From Acidobacteriota bacterium (GTDB lineage Bacteria > Acidobacteriota > CAIWXX01): a DNA stretch of 57,997 bases. The DNA is taken from contig JBFMAF010000019.1 in assembly GCA_040755995.1 (NCBI GenBank), positions 1-57,997 of the forward strand. The letters are read 5' to 3'. Positions 53,693 through 57,997 of this stretch are shown one piece after another (the stretch's first letter is position 1; each line of letters opens with the position of its first letter). Under the pieces are notes generated by a model. The model was not told the DNA's origin, made no database searches, and was given only the letters and a program-made list of their open reading frames with translations. The position numbers and the translations under genes are program-made.

Positions 53693-53709
53693 TTGGCACG
53701 GGACTTGCT
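53693..53709 (+). promoter_or_regulatory. Sigma-54 promoter TTGGCACGggacTTGCT
   Basis: Full match to YTGGCACG-N4-TTGCW; RBS GAGGAGG and an ATG follow. Confidence 0.85.
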
Positions 53710-53750
53710 CAATGTGTCCCTGAGACGCAGCAAAGAGGAGGATGCAAGCA

Positions 53751-54590
53751 ATGAGTCAGATTCCAGGGCTATCGATCAACCTTGCGATCGCCAACAACCT
53801 GTCCCTCAGCGGGCAGAAAGTCGTCGGCAATGGGGGCAACCCGGCCGCGGTGAACATCAACAACGACGAGTTGAGGGAGAAGGCCAACAGCAACCCGCAC
53901 GGGGTCAATATCAACAACGACGAGCTGCGGGACTCGTTCGAGACCGGAGCGAAATCGAGTTTCGGTGTGCTGATGTCGTCCGCGGTCGATGCAAAGGCGA
54001 CACCGGCCACGGGTCCGACGCTTACCTTGGGCCAGCTCCTGGGAGGAGCTGGGCATCCGGGCCCGTCGAATCTGCCGGGATCGTTGCAGCCCGACACTCC
54101 GAGTGCCCAACCCAACACGCCGGGCGGGCTCTCGGCGGCCGCCGATAAGCAGGGCAATTCCACGGAGGGCAAGGGCTACACGATCGTGCCGAGTGCGTCA
54201 GGCGGCGGCAGCGTCGCGGTAGTCCCCTGGGGCGACGAGGTCATCTGGGAAGACACCGGCAGCGATGACTGGCAGAACGATGCGCCGCTTCCCGAGTCCA
54301 AGAAGAAGGACCAGGACGAAGACAAGCCTCCGCTCCCCAATTTCAATGAGCGTACGGCCGGTCCTGGGGCTCCGCGCGGCGCGATCACGCCCACGATAGA
54401 CGTGGCGGGCCAGGGAACTGTCGTGACGGTCCTTCAGGCAGAGCAGCCGTCGACGGGTAATGCAGGCGGCTGGTCTCCTGTCAACCCGACTGCTGACCCG
54501 CTCGGCACACGTGAGACGCACGGGCAGATTGCTCCAACTGGCTTGCCAGCAACTCCCGATGCCACCCCGGCGCCGCCGACCGTGGCGTGA
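53751..54590 (+). CDS. Hypothetical low-complexity protein with two VNINNDELR repeats
   Basis: Strong RBS, sigma-54 promoter and a conserved paralogous fragment at 41515. Rich in Pro/Gly/Thr/Asn, with no TM or signal peptide. Confidence 0.75.
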   Translation: MSQIPGLSINLAIANNLSLSGQKVVGNGGNPAAVNINNDELREKANSNPHGVNINNDELRDSFETGAKSSFGVLMSSAVDAKATPATGPTLTLGQLLGGAGHPGPSNLPGSLQPDTPSAQPNTPGGLSAAADKQGNSTEGKGYTIVPSASGGGSVAVVPWGDEVIWEDTGSDDWQNDAPLPESKKKDQDEDKPPLPNFNERTAGPGAPRGAITPTIDVAGQGTVVTVLQAEQPSTGNAGGWSPVNPTADPLGTRETHGQIAPTGLPATPDATPAPPTVA

Positions 54591-54665
54591 CTCGACAACC
54601 GATGCGCAGCGGGGGGCAGCCCGCCGCGATTCGCAGATTTCGAACGAAAGAAAGGCTGGATTGAG

Positions 54666-56336
54666 ATGAGATTTAATACCACGGCGCGGTCGATCTCGGG
54701 GGCAGGAGCGCTCATGCTCTGCGTGAGCGCGGTCTGCGGGGCCGCACAGTGGCTCAAAGTGGCGGGCGGAGAAGGAGCGGATTTCCCGATCAGTTTCATC
54801 CGTGCGTCCGACGGTTCCTATGCGGCGGCCGGCTACAGCAACTCCCTGGGAACCGTCGGCTCGATTGACGCGATGCTGCTGAAGTTCGACTCGAGTGGCG
54901 AGCTGGTCACGTCGAAAGGGCTCGGCGGAACGGCGGCTGAGGTGTTCTATTCCGTCGTGGAGGCCCCGGGCGGGGGATATGTCGGTCTGGGAGCGACGAC
55001 CTCCCAGGGTGCCGGCGGAGTCGACGTGCTGCTCGCGAAGTACAGTGCCACAGGCGCTCTGCAATGGCAGCGCACGCTGGGGGGGAGCGGCGACGACGTG
55101 GCCACCGGACTGGCGGCGACCTCTGAGGGGGGTTACGTGCTATGCGGCACCACCGCGTCCTGGGGGTTCGGCGGCGGCAACGAGGCGTTCATGGTCAAGA
55201 CTGATGCGTCGGGCATTGTCTCGTGGATCGTCACGTTCGGTGACAACGGCATCGATGTCGGCGCGAGCATCATTCAGACCGCCGACGGGGGATACTTGTT
55301 GGCGGGCACGATGGAATTCGCCGGCGATGCGGATGCTCTCGTCATCAAGACGGATGCGACCGGCTCCATCACCTGGGCTCGAACGATCGGAGGCAGCGGC
55401 ACCGACTCTTTCGCGGACGTCGTGCAGGCCGTCGACGGGGGCTTTGTGTGCGTCGGAAAGAGCACGTCGTTCGCCGGTATCGGCGCGTGGGCCGTGAAGG
55501 TGAGCGGGAGTGGCGGTGCCGTGTGGCAGAGGGGATGGTCCAGCACGGTGGCCGCGGGCTTCCAGCAGGTGGAGCGCGCTTCCGGCAGCGATCTCGTGAT
55601 CGTGGGCTCGACGGCACCCGGGGCGGGCCTGGGCGCTGAAGACGTGTTCGTCACGAGGGTTGATGCCTCGGGCTCGATGGCCTGGCAGACGGCGTACGGC
55701 ATGGGACTCACGGAGACGGGAATGGGCATTGCCGGGGACGGCTCCGGCGGATTCGTCGTGGCCGCGGGGACGCAGTCGTTCCTCGCCGGCACCCTCGACG
55801 TGCTGACGTTCTCGATCGACGGCAGCGGCTCCCTCGGCACATCCTGCCAGGTCTACGAAGTGGCGACCGCATCGTCTTCCTCCGCCACCACCGGCAACGT
55901 GTCTCCGCGTACCCTCATGGCCTCGGCGCCCTCGGCCGCCTCCACCCTCAGTACCCTCACCGACGGCGTCCCTTCCCTCGTCCAAGCATTCATCTGCGGC
56001 GACGCCGGGACCGGTGCGAATCTGGTCGGATCCTGGACCAAGCTGAAGAAGCGTGGTTCGAAAGTGAACGGGAGTCTCAAAGTGACCAATTCGGGTTCGG
56101 ACGCGGCTGGGAGCTTCGAGATCAACTTTGTCTTCTCGAAGAAGGCCACGGTGACCAAGAAATCGAAGCTGATCATCATCAAGTCGCTCGGCGGCCTGGC
56201 GGCGGGCAGCAGCAGTACCATCAAGGTGAGCGGGAAGCCCCCCTCCGGCTACAAGTACATCATCGCGGTGATCGACCCCAACGGCGATGTGCCCGAGTCG
56301 AGCGATTTCGACAACACGGTCGCGAAGGGCTTCTGA
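54666..56336 (+). CDS. Secreted repeat (beta-propeller-like) protein with Ser/Thr linker and C-terminal CARDB-like domain
   Basis: Signal peptide, repeats DGGY(L/V)xxGxT...D...K.D..G...W, and C-terminal V.N.G..AAG.F ... IDPNGDVPES...DN. Confidence 0.8.
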   Translation: MRFNTTARSISGAGALMLCVSAVCGAAQWLKVAGGEGADFPISFIRASDGSYAAAGYSNSLGTVGSIDAMLLKFDSSGELVTSKGLGGTAAEVFYSVVEAPGGGYVGLGATTSQGAGGVDVLLAKYSATGALQWQRTLGGSGDDVATGLAATSEGGYVLCGTTASWGFGGGNEAFMVKTDASGIVSWIVTFGDNGIDVGASIIQTADGGYLLAGTMEFAGDADALVIKTDATGSITWARTIGGSGTDSFADVVQAVDGGFVCVGKSTSFAGIGAWAVKVSGSGGAVWQRGWSSTVAAGFQQVERASGSDLVIVGSTAPGAGLGAEDVFVTRVDASGSMAWQTAYGMGLTETGMGIAGDGSGGFVVAAGTQSFLAGTLDVLTFSIDGSGSLGTSCQVYEVATASSSSATTGNVSPRTLMASAPSAASTLSTLTDGVPSLVQAFICGDAGTGANLVGSWTKLKKRGSKVNGSLKVTNSGSDAAGSFEINFVFSKKATVTKKSKLIIIKSLGGLAAGSSSTIKVSGKPPSGYKYIIAVIDPNGDVPESSDFDNTVAKGF

Positions 56337-56430
56337 CGTGGACCAGACCCGGTTCCGTGCACCCGGCGGCGGCGCCGAATCGACGCCGCCGGGCACATTC
56401 CCTGGCCACAATGGATCTGGGATTATGCGC

Positions 56431-56931
56431 ATGAGCAATTCCGCCGAAACCCCGGTAGAAACACCTCAGGCCGTACTCTGGCCCCCGGTGCCCCCAGTCT
56501 ACGTCCTGCTGTGCAGGATACGGTTGAACCTGCTGGCCGCGCGACGCGGCCGCTACGAGGACTGGTTCCATCTCGACAAACACGATCTCGGAGCCGTGCG
56601 GGCCTACACGGCCGATCTCGGGTCTGACCACGAAGAGTTGGCTCAGTTCGCGCACGACTACCTCGCGGGTTACTTCTCGATCAAGGATGGTCTCGAGCGT
56701 GCCGATTCGCGCTCCGCGATCGAGGAGTTGATCAGCGCGGCCCCACTCGACGATGCCGGCCGGAAATGGATCTCCGGCGAGGTGCGCGGCCGGTTGGTGA
56801 TGGAGCTGTTTGGTGTGGAGTATGGCACGCCGTCACCGGGGAGAAGTAGCCGGGGCGCGCCGCTATTCGGTGCGATCCCGGTGGCGCTCGAGAATCTGGT
56901 ACAGCGCCCGCCGCGAGATTCCGCTGTGTGA
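56431..56931 (+). CDS. Hypothetical protein
   Basis: Gene-like composition between the CARDB gene and the convergent regulator; 3' overlap of 69 nt; start uncertain. Confidence 0.5.
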   Translation: MSNSAETPVETPQAVLWPPVPPVYVLLCRIRLNLLAARRGRYEDWFHLDKHDLGAVRAYTADLGSDHEELAQFAHDYLAGYFSIKDGLERADSRSAIEELISAAPLDDAGRKWISGEVRGRLVMELFGVEYGTPSPGRSSRGAPLFGAIPVALENLVQRPPRDSAV

Positions 56932-57900
56932 CGCCGCATCCGCGACATTCCCGCCGCAATCCTCAAGACGCCTCCTGACGTACAGGTGCTCGAAGGCCTT
57001 TCTCGCCTCGATGTACGGCATCTCCAGCATGCGCTGGAGAGGGTCGGCCGGGCTTCTCCGCCCGGCACCACTCCCAAACGCCACCGCCACGTCCTCGGCC
57101 GTGATGAACTCGGCGCCGGCGATCGTCACGAGCCGCCTCACCACGTTCATCAGCTCCCGCACATTTCCCGGCCACGCGTATCCGCACAGAGCATCCAGCG
57201 CCGCGGGCTCGAACCCGCTCACCGCACCCAGCTCCGGGTTGTCCAGCCGCTCGCGTTCGAGAAAATGCATGGCGAGGATCGGCACATCCTCCGGCCGCCC
57301 CGCCAGCGGCGGGAGGTTCAGGACCTGAACCGCGATGCGATCCCAGACATCGGGCCGCAGGCGCCCCTGCTGCAGCAGCGTCTCCGGATCCTCATTTGTC
57401 GCCACCACCCACCGCACGTCGACCCGATGCTCGCGATTGGCGCCCAGCCGGCGGTAGGAATGCCCTTCGAGCGCGTCCAGGAGCTTGGCCTGCACGTCCA
57501 GGGGGCAGGATTCGAGCGAATCGACAAACAGGGTGCCACCCGAGGCGGCGGCGATCAGGCCCTCGCGATCGGCGGCGCCGCTGAATGCCCCCCTGGTCGT
57601 CCCGAACAGCTCTGACTCGACCAGCGTCGGAGGGATCTTCGCGCAGTGGAGACGCCGGTACGGCCCGCGCCGGCGCCGGCTGGTCTCGTGGACGTATTGC
57701 GCCAGCGTCGTCTTGCCGCTCCCGCGCGGTCCCACCAGTGCCACAGGATGATCCGTCAAGCTCACTTTCCCGATCTGGTCGAGGAGCCGGCAGAAGACGG
57801 GGGACCTGCCGATCAGCGGAGCTTCGGAGTACTCCTGGCGCGCACGTTCGCGCTCGCTCACTACCTGCGCCGCTAGCGCATGTTTGCTGGAGGCTGCCAT
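56863..57900 (-). CDS. Sigma-54 enhancer-binding protein (AAA+ and Fis HTH only)
   Basis: GPRGSGKT, ESELFG..RGAFSGA, GGTLFVDS, VATN, WPGNVREL and GNVADAA...GISRRALY. No N-terminal regulatory domain. Confidence 0.88.
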   Translation of the reverse strand: MAASSKHALAAQVVSERERARQEYSEAPLIGRSPVFCRLLDQIGKVSLTDHPVALVGPRGSGKTTLAQYVHETSRRRRGPYRRLHCAKIPPTLVESELFGTTRGAFSGAADREGLIAAASGGTLFVDSLESCPLDVQAKLLDALEGHSYRRLGANREHRVDVRWVVATNEDPETLLQQGRLRPDVWDRIAVQVLNLPPLAGRPEDVPILAMHFLERERLDNPELGAVSGFEPAALDALCGYAWPGNVRELMNVVRRLVTIAGAEFITAEDVAVAFGSGAGRRSPADPLQRMLEMPYIEARKAFEHLYVRRRLEDCGGNVADAASHSGISRRALYQILERHRDRTE

Positions 57901-57997
57901 AAGTCATTGAAAAGCCTGGGTCGGGTTTTCGATTTGGTCACTACATGATGGTTTCGGCGTTTTCGGGCGGCGTTGGGGGATCGAGGTGGGTGACGCC

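Overview
High-GC bacterial chromosomal window. The gene content (TonB with GGV repeats, PDZ-GAF-PAS kinase plus NtrC, intergenic 7-8-mer repeats) suggests Acidobacteriota or a relative; this is inference. 1-27.9 kb is mostly core genes: a DAACS symporter-SBP fusion, tgt-yajC-secD-secF, tonB-exbB-4x exbD, a class-V aminotransferase, an outer-membrane barrel, a sigma-54 two-component system, htpX, tRNA-Val(CAC), a decayed toxin-antitoxin pair, batD/batE and ppdK. SecF carries an inserted ComEA-like helix-hairpin-helix domain. 28.0-39.4 kb is an osmotic/trehalose island: membrane-anchored OtsA, OtsB, MarR, DUF5752, TreT, an HtrA homologue lacking its catalytic triad, a cation:H+ antiporter, a ClC and a Na/Ca-exchanger remnant. 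It is bracketed by two copies of the palindrome TTAGTTTGA-N2-TCAAACTAA, each overlapping a promoter -35. 41.5-53.2 kb is an arsenosugar-type radical-SAM cluster with a decayed half (DUF547, arsM and arsS with deletions), an ECF sigma/anti-sigma pair and an intact half. 53.5-57.9 kb holds an unexplained sigma-54 module: three perfect GTGAA-N6-TTCAC boxes, a consensus -24/-12 promoter, an orphan protein with NINNDELR repeats (a truncated paralogue lies at 41.5 kb), a secreted propeller-CARDB protein, a hypothetical protein and a sensor-less enhancer-binding protein with a degenerate Walker B. No CRISPR array, rRNA, integrase or transposase was seen. All family calls come from motif recognition by eye, not from database searches.
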